Of a stretch of 64,000 nucleotides of DNA, positions 9,854 to 21,011 are shown piece by piece. Origin of the DNA: a virus (Duplodnaviria; Caudoviricetes). The stretch is taken from positions 384,001 to 448,000 of IMG/VR virus record IMGVR_UViG_3300037247_001786; one strand, given 5' to 3'. The notes beneath the pieces were generated by a model. That model made no database searches. It saw nothing but the letters and a program-made list of their open reading frames with translations, and was not told the DNA's origin. A program made the translations under genes and the position numbers. Within the stretch, counting starts at the first letter, position 1, and every line of letters begins with the position of its first letter.

Positions 9854-11164
9854 ATGGCTAATGTATTAGAACACAAGAAATTTATTTGCGTATGTTTTGG
9901 CGATACGAATAATAACAAGGTATGGCAATATACTTTATACGATGATGGTACCGCTCTAACAGAATGGGGGAGAGTCGGGAAAAAACTACAAAGTAAGATG
10001 ACAACCGAATCTAAAGCCCTTGCCAAAATGAGGGAAAAGACAAGAGTAAATAACAAACCAGATAAACTCTATACAGAAGTTATGGTAGCTGAGGGAGTAT
10101 CTTCGTCAAGCACTGCTGTTGTAGCGTCCTCTAATTTAAAATCTATTGCTAACAAGCAAATAGATATTAAAGACCCTACTTTGAAAGAGTTAGTAGAATT
10201 TCTTGTAAAAGAGAATATCCATAATATTATGGAAACGTCCAAAGGCTCTATCCAGTACGATACTGCATCTGCTCAATTCAAGACACCATTAGGCGTTATT
10301 CTACCTGATCAAGTTTCTGACGCGAGAGATTTATTAGACGATATGGCTGACTATGTAGTTACAGGAGATTTCAATAATAGGAAATTCGCCAGATTATTAA
10401 ATGAATATCTGCGTTTAATCCCACATGATATTGGTATGTCTAAAATCAGTCCGAAACTTATACTTCCAGATGATGACGCATTACAGACCGAGAATAACTT
10501 GTTAGATGGGCTTGACGTTTCTTTTAATGATATACAAACTGGAGCTACAAAAACTAAAACTACGAAAAAGAAAAAAGATAATACTCCTAAACTTTTCGAT
10601 GTTACTCTTGATATTGTTCGCGATAGGAAAGAGATTAGTCGTATAAAAAAGTATTTCAATGACACAAAGTTAAATATGCATGTAACGAGTGGGTATCGAG
10701 TTAAAAAGATATATGAAGTAAAGATAGGGGCAATGCACTCATCTTATGAAAAATCGGGTTTACCGATAGGTAATATTATGGAATTATGGCATGGCACTCG
10801 CTGTTCTAATTTACTTTCGATTCTCAAAAAAGGGCTAATAATACCTCCATCGCAGTCAAGCCATGTGACCGGACGGATGTTTGGTGCCGGACTTTATTTT
10901 TCTGACCAATCGACTAAGGCTCTGAATTATGCCACTAATTTTTGGAATTCTTCTGGTTCTTCAAAGCGTATTTTTATGTTCTTGTGTGACGTTGCTATGG
11001 GCAAATATCATGTTCCGTCTGGAGGTTGGGGTAGCGGTTATCCTAAAAGAGGTTTTGACTCTACTTTTGCCAAAGCAAATGTATCTTCGGTTAGGAATAA
11101 CGAAATGATAGTTTATAAGTTACCACAAGCCAATTTAAAATATCTTTTAGAATTTGAAGAATAA
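9854..11164 (+). CDS. PARP-like ADP-ribosyltransferase (WGR + PARP regulatory + catalytic domain)
   Basis: TEWGRVGK (WGR), helical middle domain (LLNEYLRLIPH...ENNLLDGL), catalytic LWHGT, FGAGLYFSDQSTKALNY, NNEMIVY (H-Y-E triad). Confidence 0.92.
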   Translation: MANVLEHKKFICVCFGDTNNNKVWQYTLYDDGTALTEWGRVGKKLQSKMTTESKALAKMREKTRVNNKPDKLYTEVMVAEGVSSSSTAVVASSNLKSIANKQIDIKDPTLKELVEFLVKENIHNIMETSKGSIQYDTASAQFKTPLGVILPDQVSDARDLLDDMADYVVTGDFNNRKFARLLNEYLRLIPHDIGMSKISPKLILPDDDALQTENNLLDGLDVSFNDIQTGATKTKTTKKKKDNTPKLFDVTLDIVRDRKEISRIKKYFNDTKLNMHVTSGYRVKKIYEVKIGAMHSSYEKSGLPIGNIMELWHGTRCSNLLSILKKGLIIPPSQSSHVTGRMFGAGLYFSDQSTKALNYATNFWNSSGSSKRIFMFLCDVAMGKYHVPSGGWGSGYPKRGFDSTFAKANVSSVRNNEMIVYKLPQANLKYLLEFEE

Positions 11165-11234
11165 AAAAGGTCTATTCCCGAAACTCCATAATTATATAAT
11201 ATTAAGTTAATATTAAATTATATGGAGTTTTAAA

Positions 11235-11876
11235 ATGGCAAAGAAGAGAAAAAAATATGGACCAAAAAACGATTTAACAGGGCAAAGATTCGGACATCTT
11301 GAAGTTTTAAGAATGGCTCATAAGCCAGACGATAACAGAAAAGAGTATAAAGCTGTTTGTAAGTGCCACAATTGTGGAAAAACAGAACATTGGGTTTTTC
11401 CTTATCATCTAAGAAAAAAATTGACGACCAGTTGTGGCTGTTTAATGGGCAATAGGAAAAAAGGAAAAGATAGAAGCTGCTACAGCGGTTATGGAGAGAT
11501 TACGGGCTCGGTATGGGGAAAAATAAAACAAGGAGCACGAAGAAGAGAAAAAGAGTTTACAATAACCATTCGAGAAGGATGGGAATTGTTTATCAAACAA
11601 GATAGAAAATGTTCTTTAACACTACTTCCAATCGAAATGGGAACAGGTAGAAACTTGGGAACTGCCTCTTTAGACAGAATAGACAGTTCAAAAGGCTACA
11701 TAATAGATAACATACAATGGGTACATAGGAATGTAAATATTATCAAACATACCTGTTCTCAAGAGTATTTCCTCACTCTTTGTCGTAAAATAGTTAATAA
11801 TGAAGCATTAAAGAATGTGCCTAATTTATCGGACGAAGAGATATTAGCTAATCCTATATTTGCTAGAGGTTTTTGA
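11235..11876 (+). CDS. HNH (His-Me finger) homing endonuclease-like protein
   Basis: DLTGQRFGHLEVL...CKCHNCGK...TSCGC N-terminus; SLDRIDSSKGYIIDNIQWVHRNVNIIK core. Confidence 0.85.
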   Translation: MAKKRKKYGPKNDLTGQRFGHLEVLRMAHKPDDNRKEYKAVCKCHNCGKTEHWVFPYHLRKKLTTSCGCLMGNRKKGKDRSCYSGYGEITGSVWGKIKQGARRREKEFTITIREGWELFIKQDRKCSLTLLPIEMGTGRNLGTASLDRIDSSKGYIIDNIQWVHRNVNIIKHTCSQEYFLTLCRKIVNNEALKNVPNLSDEEILANPIFARGF

Positions 11877-12756
11877 ATTTGCCAGAGTGTGGAAAAACAT
11901 AATTTATATGGGTGTTAATAACTTATTTATATAGGAGTAAAAAATGGAACTTGAAAAATTTGGAAAAGATTTTAGGGAGTTTTTTTTAAAACTGCACCAA
12001 GCTGTCGATATAATTGAAGATGGATTTTTCCCTCATTGCGATAAAAAAGAGTTTGATTTTGATTGTTACAGTAATTCAAATCCTATAATAGAGATTACAT
12101 TCACTACATACTCTCCTGGAGAGGGTTATAGTGACGATGATTATTATCTTTCCGTTCCTGATACTATCATCACAGAAAAAGGTTTAAATGAGTTTCTCGA
12201 TGAGTTAAGACGTAAAAAAGCAGAAAGAATAGAAGAAGAACAGAAGCAGCAAAGACAAATAGAAGAGAAAGAGAAAAAAGTACAAGAGGAAAAAGAACGT
12301 AAAGAGCTTAAAAGATTACAAAATAAATATGAGGTTCTAGGGAGTTAATAACTTAATTTTTGCGGAGTAAAAAATGAAAGATGTATTTACTGTATATAAA
12401 GACGGAACAAAATTAATGACTTCAAGAGTAAGAAATTTTGAAGATGAATACAATATGATTGGGAGATTTTTAAAATGGTTAGGAGATAAATAATGAACTC
12501 ATTAAATATAAATTTAGAAGAGGGTGACAAGGTCGTACTAGAGGGAGATTGTCACGAATCCATAAGAACCGTTACTGTAACTGGAGGCTTTGGCATGAGT
12601 AAGAATACTGCTGGCACTGGTTTATTCGTCGAGTTGCCAAACGGGACTACTGGCAAAGCTAATAGTATGGAGATCGAGCGAAGACTTCCATTATTGCCAG
12701 AGTGTGAAAAAAAGTAATTTATAAGGTTGTTAATAATATTTTGTAAGGGAAAGATT

Positions 12757-13278
12757 ATGGGTCAATACTATAAAGTTGTAAATACCGAACTTATGCAGTG
12801 GTACCATCCAGATTGGCTCAAACTTATGGAGCACTCATGGTTAGGTAACGAATGCGTGGGTAAGATAATGCGGCTCTTGTCGCCTGGCGGAGATTGGTAT
12901 AAGGCTCCTATCGTTTGGTGCGGCGATTATTATAGCGAATATGGCGAAATCCCATATTATGATTTGGTAAAAAGTGCTGATAGAGTCCGCCCCGAAAAGA
13001 CTATGACACGGGACGAACAACTTCAAGCTATTTTAGTTAATCATACTAAATTGGAATATACTACTTACCAGAATCTTCCAAAAAACAAAGATGGTTGGGT
13101 AATCAACCCATTACCTCTTTTAACTGCTTGCGGTAACAATAGGGGCGGCGGAGATTATTACGATAGTCACCCCGATTTTGATAAGGTCGGTATTTGGGCT
13201 AATGATCGACTGTCTGTCGAGACAGAGATACCTTATGGGTATTGGCACTTGAAGGTCAATTTTATAGAAATAAGATAA
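12757..13278 (+). CDS. Hypothetical phage-type protein
   Basis: MGQYYKVVN...LKLMEHSW...IVWCGDY pattern; cassette after element 12694. Confidence 0.6.
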   Translation: MGQYYKVVNTELMQWYHPDWLKLMEHSWLGNECVGKIMRLLSPGGDWYKAPIVWCGDYYSEYGEIPYYDLVKSADRVRPEKTMTRDEQLQAILVNHTKLEYTTYQNLPKNKDGWVINPLPLLTACGNNRGGGDYYDSHPDFDKVGIWANDRLSVETEIPYGYWHLKVNFIEIR

Positions 13279-13358
13279 ATTGCCAGAGTGGTAAAAAATA
13301 GAATTTATGTAGTTGTAAGTAATAACTAAAACATTTTTTATTAAACAGGAGAAAGACA

Positions 13359-14015
13359 ATGGATTCTAACAATCCAAATAGTGTAGCCATCGTTGGTACA
13401 CCGGACATGGGGGTAGCCGTTAAAGTCACGGATACTCTGAAAGATAAGACTATCGACCTTATCATAATTATGACAGGAAAAGAGTCTCTTTTCACTGCTT
13501 ATGACCTAACGCAGCGATTGAGAGTGGAAAATGTCGGTATGAATGTTCCCCATGTAGAGATAAGGGATATGGTTCATCAAGAGTTTAACGATACTTTCTG
13601 CGATGAGTACGAAAGAACTTTGACAGAGTTGCTTACTGGCGATAATTCTTTTGTCTATCACCCCGAGAATATCGCTGCAACCGATTATCATTTGGCAGTA
13701 AAGCCAGCAGTTGACGATACGGTTGACGACGGAGTCGGTTTTGGTCTGACAGACAGTAATAGGCTCAATATCCCACTGTCCATGTTGAACGATATGGAAC
13801 TAAAGAAAAGCGATAAGGTTCATATTGAAACAGAGAATGGGGTAATGTCCCTCACAACCGTCCCAGCGACGCCAGATAATGAGTTACAGGTCAATGCCGA
13901 TGGTCGGCTACGTCTTAACTCTACCACGCTTACAAGGGCATTTGGTAGCCTTAGTAAGAAGTACAACATTGAGGTATCTTCGGATAAAACAGCTATCACT
14001 GTTCGTCCGATATAA
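13359..14015 (+). CDS. Hypothetical protein with C-terminal AbrB/SpoVT-like repeats
   Basis: TDSNRLNIPLSMLNDMELKKSDKV and VNADGRLRLNSTTL resemble swapped-hairpin AbrB motifs. Confidence 0.45.
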   Translation: MDSNNPNSVAIVGTPDMGVAVKVTDTLKDKTIDLIIIMTGKESLFTAYDLTQRLRVENVGMNVPHVEIRDMVHQEFNDTFCDEYERTLTELLTGDNSFVYHPENIAATDYHLAVKPAVDDTVDDGVGFGLTDSNRLNIPLSMLNDMELKKSDKVHIETENGVMSLTTVPATPDNELQVNADGRLRLNSTTLTRAFGSLSKKYNIEVSSDKTAITVRPI

Positions 14016-14042
14016 AGAACTATCAGCACTTCCTCACAATTA

Positions 14043-14078
14043 GAGAGGGGTAACTACGGTTACTCTTCTCTTTTTTTT
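14043..14078 (+). terminator. Intrinsic terminator with UACG loop
   Basis: GAGAGGGGTAAC-TACG-GTTACTCTTCTC + T-run, abutting element 14077. Confidence 0.8.
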
Positions 14079-14794
14079 GCCAGAGTGTATAAAAATCACT
14101 TTTATAGTAGTATGAAAGGAATACTATTATGCGAAAAAAAATAACAATAAATGATTATGAGTTTGAGTTAGTCTATTCAGTAGACGAACCTAACAAAATC
14201 GTTTCCTCTACCTTTAAACTCCGAAATGCTGGACCTCCTACCCAAGAGTTTAGTATGTCTAAAGAAGAATATAGAATAGGGCAAAAAATTCAAGCAGATA
14301 TTTTCGATGGAGATTGGGATTGGCTTATCGCAAAAACGACAAAGACTATATCTTTAGATATATGTGGTATAACTATTGAGTTAGTTGATGTAGAATGGAT
14401 AGGAGATACTCGTCTCCGCTATACCGATGGTAGTATCAGATATGGTGGAGGTTCTATAACTGATAATCTCAAAGACGTATGCGAGGCTTGCGGTGACGTT
14501 CGTTGCGACTTGCTTTGTCCTGACGCTTTGGAGAAAGCAAGCGATAGGGATATAGATATTCAATGTAGTAATAATGAAGAATTAGAGAGTAGTAGAAACC
14601 ACAACTATGCTTGCGATGGGGTACTATCTATGGTTTTGGGTCATGCTGTCGCTGGACTGGATATCGAATCAGCTGCTTATAGAGAGGGGCTTGACGCTGC
14701 AATAGAGGGAATTGCCAATAATATCTAATTTGCCAGAGTGATTATTTTTAAAGGTTATACAAGTGTTAATGTTAATTTTTGCGGAGTAAATACT

Positions 14795-15193
14795 ATGGGT
14801 TATTGTATTGAGTTAAGAGAAGAAAACTTTAAAGTCACCGTTGCTAAAAGTTTAGAGGCTTTTCCTATAGTCATGAAATCTATTATTAACGAGAGAAACA
14901 CAAGTACAATGAGTTTCTCTTGGGTAGATGATGAAGATATTGAAAAAGCTAAATCCTTAACTGACCTTATGACCTCTTTCCGTTGGGAACCTGATATTGA
15001 CTCGGAAGGAAATATTATTAGTATTGATTTTTGTGGGGAGAAATTAGGGGATGATAAGATATTATTCGATATAATTGCTCCTTTTGTAGAAGATGACAGT
15101 TATATAGAAATGAGTGGGGAAGATGGTTCGATATGGAGATGGATTTTTAAAGATGGAGAATGTACTGAAAAAGATGCAACTATTGTCTTTTAA
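14795..15193 (+). CDS. Hypothetical phage-type protein
   Basis: MGYCIEL...FCGEKLGDD...APFVEDDSYIEMSGEDGSIWRW; GGAG SD. Confidence 0.6.
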   Translation: MGYCIELREENFKVTVAKSLEAFPIVMKSIINERNTSTMSFSWVDDEDIEKAKSLTDLMTSFRWEPDIDSEGNIISIDFCGEKLGDDKILFDIIAPFVEDDSYIEMSGEDGSIWRWIFKDGECTEKDATIVF

Positions 15194-15512
15194 TAATTTG
15201 CCAGAGTGATTATTTTTAAAGGTTATATGATTATGGAATTAAAAGAATTAAAAAATGAAACTATATGTTCTGATTGTGGGGCTGTAATAACCTCTGAATC
15301 AAGGAGCAATTTTCACACTAATGGTCACTGGAACGAATATCGAGAGTTTAAGTGCGGTAGAAAAATCCATTTTAGTCCTAACTTTATGAAGATTATCGTT
15401 GAGGTAGAATGTCCTAAAAACCCAACACAGAAACGTAAAATCGCGAAACAAAAAAGACTTGTAAAAGCTATCACTGAAATGGTAAACAAGTCAAGAGTTA
15501 CTAAAGAGTATA

Positions 15513-16206
15513 AAGAAAGACTCTTACGAGATATAAAATGGTGGTAAAATTTTTAATAAAATCAAATGTTTTTTATCAAGGACACGGTTCTAGTTCTTGT
15601 GGAACTTGCGAAGTAGAGTCAGAGCATAATAAAGAGTTATTAACTCTTTTTTTTCAGGCTCTTAAATCTGCTAAAATGATAGAAGACTGGGTGACTATTT
15701 CTCAGATATGGTTATCGCAGGGTAAAGTTAATTTTGTATCTAAAACGAGTTTACAAGAAAATGGAGTTATCGCTTACTATCATATTTGCCAGAGTGATAA
15801 AAATATAAACTTATAGAATTGTTAATTGAAACTTATTGGAGTTTAAGACGATGGGAACAAGAAAAAAAAGAAATAAGGATATTTGGGATACCTCTAATTC
15901 GGATTGTCATGTTCCCTATACTGACGAAGACATAGAATTAATTCTTCATCAATTACCTATTCCTAGTAATTGTGAATTACTGGGAAAAGCTTTAAAAAGG
16001 TCATCAGGAGCCATCCGACAAGTTTTTGAAAAAGCTTATATGCCTCATTCGGAAGCAAAAAATCTTACTGTTGGTAAAAATAGAGTTGAGAGTTCATATA
16101 ATATACAGATACAAAAAATATCTAAAAAGCTGAGGCTTATTAGAGGGTATAACGTTTTTAAATACCAGGGCAAGAAAGACTCTTACGAGATATAAAATGG
16201 TGGTAA
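15513..16206 (+). repeat. 35-bp perfect direct repeat pair (15513-15547, 16172-16206)
   Basis: aagaaagactcttacgagatataaaatggtggtaa occurs twice. Confidence 0.9.
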
Positions 16207-17188
16207 TGAATTAGGTAATATCAATTTTAATTAGGTAAAGGAATTAGGTAATGTCCAATTCAGCTTATATAGAAACATTCAAAAAGACCAGTTTATGCTC
16301 TGGAGAAACTCATTTCATAATTGACGTACAAGACAATCATGGTTCGGTTTCTCTCGTCACTCCAGAAAAAGACATATCAGAAGAAGATATGGAACTTCTT
16401 CAATATGTCAGAAAACAAGTTGAGAATAGAGACGAACACGGTTCAGATTGTGATATTATATTTGATATATTTGAATATATTGATAGCGGCGAAATAGGGA
16501 TTAACATAAACAATACCTATTATGACTGGGACGATATAAAAGAGTTTATGACTGGGGAAGAAGTAGAAATTTCTGAAATAGATAGAATCAATCCTTTCTC
16601 GTTATTTTTTATTGGTGATACCATTTATACCAACGAGAATTATGACCTTAAAAAGGTGGAAAAAGCCGTAGGTATATCTAATGATATAATGCAAATCCTC
16701 AATAAATTGGCAAAAGATATTCTCGAAGTCGCCACATCGGTTCAACACCTATTAGTGTACGCTGCTAAAAAGATAGAAGCATTTGGCAACGAGGGGGTAG
16801 GAGTTGGAGACACCGCCACAGATGAATTGATAGCCGAATACTTGGAGAACAAGTTAAAAGGAAAATTCTCTAAGAAAGATAGGTCGGAGATAGGGCAAGA
16901 CTTCTATTATATGTATCATAGGTAATTTGCCAGAGTGAAGAAAAATAAGGTTTATAGTATTATGAACGCACAATTAGCGAATTTGTTTAGTTATATTAAG
17001 AACCTGACTGTTGTTGTTTTTTGGATAGATTCAACAGTTAAAGGAGATATATATCATCGTTTATCCGAAGTTAGAGGAGAAGATGATGAACTGAAAGCAT
17101 TTTTTGACGATAATACAGATAGGTATGTTGACTTGTATAGTGTTGATTTTAATGATATAAGAGTTTATCAGAAAGTAGATTGGTTAAT

Positions 17189-17680
17189 ATGAAAAAAGGT
17201 ACACTAACAACAGTATTTGGCAATGTAACTAAACCTCAATTTAGCAATATGAGCGAAGTCGCTATTATCCCTCATTGTTGCAACACTCTCGGAGTTATGG
17301 GGGCTGGCGTTGCACTCGCACTCAAAAACAAATGGCCCGAAGTATATGAAACATATAAAAGACATCTTATGGGTCTCGGAAATGCTTCTTTTGTCGTTAC
17401 AGAAGAACTTGACGAAAATGTAAGAGTTATGGTTGCCAATATGATAGGTCAAGATGGCACCGTCTCTGCTGACAATCCTAAACCTGTCAAGTATTGGGCT
17501 TTAGCCTCTGCAATGAAAATAGTCTTGGCAGAGTGTCAAGCATTCCCTAATTCGGTTATACATACTCCTAAATTCGGTTCGGATTTGGCTGGAGGGGACT
17601 GGAATTTCATCTTGGAATTGATAAGAGAAATCTGGCTCGAAAATGGTATTGATGTTATTGTCTATGAATTTAGAGGGTAA
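17189..17680 (+). CDS. Macro domain protein (ADP-ribose processing, Poa1p/TARG1-like)
   Basis: IIPHCCNTLGVMGAGVALALKNKWPEVY...VANMIGQ...PKFGSDLAGGDW. Confidence 0.9.
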   Translation: MKKGTLTTVFGNVTKPQFSNMSEVAIIPHCCNTLGVMGAGVALALKNKWPEVYETYKRHLMGLGNASFVVTEELDENVRVMVANMIGQDGTVSADNPKPVKYWALASAMKIVLAECQAFPNSVIHTPKFGSDLAGGDWNFILELIREIWLENGIDVIVYEFRG

Positions 17681-18933
17681 TTATGGTACCGTTAATCGAA
17701 TTATGTACATGGCAAGGTTGTCAAGGCTGGCAAGGCGTTACTTGTTCTTGCGGAGCTACTCATAATATTATGGTTAATAACCCCTGTTTTCATTGCGAAA
17801 GATGTGGGGGGTTTAATACTCTTTCTTGGTCTCATCACCAATTCTGTCACCGCAAACCAGATTATGGATGGAACAGGTCTGTTATAGGTTGGGCTATGAG
17901 AAATTACTCTTGGTATAGAGACTCTTTTAAAGAGACATCTATAATGTTAGAGAAGCTGAATAAGAGACTTGCATCATAATTTGCCAGAGTGACAAAAATT
18001 TAATCTTATGTGAGTGTTGATAATACTTATATTGAGGAACAAAAATGAAAGAATTTCATAAAATTACAATAGGTTTTGTAGTACAAAAGTATACAACACT
18101 TGATAATGATACAATGATATGCACCGAACAAACTTTTGTAGCTGGCGATCAAGTTACCTATGAGGATTTAGAGGGTAAAGTTATTGAAGTTGACCCCAAT
18201 AAAGAGGTTTGTTGTCCTTTCGGAATGCGAACACCGAGACCTATACCTAACACCGAGTTTGAACGATGGTATGCCTCTATGAAAAGAGATAGTGGACTTC
18301 ATCTACATTTTAGGGATGTTCTTGATATGAATCCCGACTATGAACTGACTTTCAGAGAATGGGCTAAAAAGTATTATAAAGAGGCAGTTGATATTTAATT
18401 ATCGCGGAAAAATATAATGGCTAAAAAGAAGATAAATAAATGTAGACACTTTAATGATGATGGTAAAGAGATTACTACTCCCTGCGAACATAAAGACGAT
18501 GATGGTTGCTGCGGCTTGCCTAGTTCAGAGGGATGGATGGTTAAATGTCCTGGCAATGAAAATTATACGAGATAACTATGAAAGTAGATATAGAAATTAC
18601 AAAAGATTGCTATCTCATTCTCTGTTTAGGTATGGGTAATGTAGATATACTTCCTGATTTAAATAAAAAGGGTAAAATCTATAAAGATGTTGAGTATGAT
18701 GAGAGTATTAAAAAAATAACATCTTTAGACCTTAAAAAAGAATTAGAGAAACATGGAGTAGGAATAGCTTTTATGGCTGATACCAATTATGAATATGAGA
18801 GTATAATTTTACAATGCCCTCAAAGTGCATTAGTTCCTGTTGGATGTTTCAAGATAATATAATTTGCCAGAGTGTTAAAAAATAACTCTTATATAGGTAG
18901 TTAGTTAATAATTACTTATATAGGAGTTTTCTT

Positions 18934-19698
18934 ATGGGCTGGATGTTCACATTTGATCATACAAGTCGATCACGTTGTATCGACGATAGGATTAAGGATT
19001 GGGATACAAGACCTTTTCTAAAAGAAGAAGATAAGGTATATCATCTATCTACCTGTTTAAAGCAATGTTATAGGGGCAATGCCTATTCTGGTGTACTTTG
19101 GAGTGTTCGAGAGACAAAGGAATATGACAGGTATACCGACCAGTTGGTACGTTCTGAATTGTGGATAGCTTGTGACCTGTTAAGATATGATAATAAGGAC
19201 AAATGTTGGGGATATAAGGATATGTCGGAGAGTGTTGGTCCGAATAGTTATTCTTGTCCTCTTTCTTATCTTGACATGGTACCTATCCCCAAAAGCGAAT
19301 ATGCCGCTGGATGGAGAGAAGAAGTAAAAAAGTACCACGCAAGTAGAATACCCTCTTTTAAGGTTAAAAAAGATAGTTTTGTACTTTTAAAAGAAAACTA
19401 TGGGATTAGAATTTTTAAAATAACCTCATTAAGACCTTTAAAGGGGATAGTTGGTAGTAAAAGAGAATATAGTATCCCTAGAAAGTCTCTTCTTCGCGAA
19501 ATAACAAAAGAGGAAATAGATCAAGCGAAGAAAGAATATCAAGAACACCAAGACGGTGGAGAGTGGGGCGAGTGTGCGGAACAAGGAAGTAGAAGTAAGA
19601 ATAAAGAGGATGCAATTCTTTATTATAATGATTTCTTATTTGCCAGAGTGAAGAAAAATATAACTTATACGAGTGTTGATAATACTGATAATTCATAA
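18934..19698 (+). CDS. Hypothetical protein of a phage/plasmid family (DUF6927-like)
   Basis: MGWMF...WGYKDMSESVGP...CPLSYLD...AAGWREEV pattern, recalled from memory; reads through element 19640. Confidence 0.55.
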   Translation: MGWMFTFDHTSRSRCIDDRIKDWDTRPFLKEEDKVYHLSTCLKQCYRGNAYSGVLWSVRETKEYDRYTDQLVRSELWIACDLLRYDNKDKCWGYKDMSESVGPNSYSCPLSYLDMVPIPKSEYAAGWREEVKKYHASRIPSFKVKKDSFVLLKENYGIRIFKITSLRPLKGIVGSKREYSIPRKSLLREITKEEIDQAKKEYQEHQDGGEWGECAEQGSRSKNKEDAILYYNDFLFARVKKNITYTSVDNTDNS

Positions 19699-21011
19699 AG
19701 GATAAAATTATGGGTGCAAATTTTGATTATCAAGTACTAAAAGACCAGAAACTCGAATTGACAGATGAAGAAATCGAGAAACATGCAGAAGAACTGTTTG
19801 AGCATTCTGCTTATCTTTATGGGCACGCTGGATATTCTGGTACGTTAGCTGAAAAGACTGGTGAAGGGGTTACTATCCATAGAGATAAGACTTTTGAAAC
19901 GGATGAGGAAGCGAGTAAATATGTTCTTGATACTCTTGATAACGACAAATGGGGTCCAGCGGATGTAGTCCCTATTGAGGGTAGAGGTTGGTTTATTGGT
20001 GGATGGTGTTCATCTTAATTCTTATTGGAGATATATTATGATGGCTATGGCTTTTATAAAATTTATGTTTGTAGTATTCTTGTTAGTAGGTTTCCTATCA
20101 CTGATACTCTCTATATTGGAGTATTTTGGAGAACATATTACTCCTTTCCATAAGAAATATACTTTTGGAGCATGTGCGGTATCATGGCTTATGGTTATTT
20201 CTCTTGCATTGGCATCAGGGGCATAACTTGCCAGAGTGGTAAAAAAACAGTCTTATAGAAGTGTTAATAATAACACTGAATAGGAGTATAAAATGGGAAA
20301 AGTAAAACCTACAAAAGAAGTAAAATGTCGTTGCGGTAAAAACTCTATTGTCGAGTTAATTCCAGCAGAAGGATATGTAAGGGTCACTCCTTTCATGTGC
20401 GATTGCGGTAGAACATTCCTTATCAGCGATTACGTTAATGCCATGACTACATATGGAGAGGTAGAACATAAACAATATGATGAATTTCTTGAAATGCAAA
20501 AAAAAGATGCGACAAGGAAAAAAGTAAGAGATACATCGGATGAAGGACGTAGAAAATATCAATTAGTAGACAAGTGGTTAAATAGCCTATCAATAGATGC
20601 TATAAGTAGAATTGAGGCTCAAAGAGTCTTTACCCAAACTATTGATAAAGAGTTTGTTATCGAAACTATTCTTGAACATTGTCGATATGAAGATGATTTA
20701 TTGGAGAGATTATATGGACAATATCTGGCATGTAATGCTATCTCTATGATGACTACGGATAAAAGAGAGTGGTTTATACTAAAAATGGTAGGTTGCGTAG
20801 AACCAGTATTAGTAGGTCCAATTTCTACAGAAATAGAAATGAAAGAGCGTTTGGAGAAGTATGCAGATGACCCTAAAGAGAGTCAGAACTCTCATACTTA
20901 TTTTTCCGCAAAAAAAGATGCAGATATAAGATTTTAGTATTTGCCAGAGTGGTAAAAAAATAGTCTTATAGAGTTGTAAAGTTAATGTTATAAATTCGAT
21001 TGGAGAAACAA

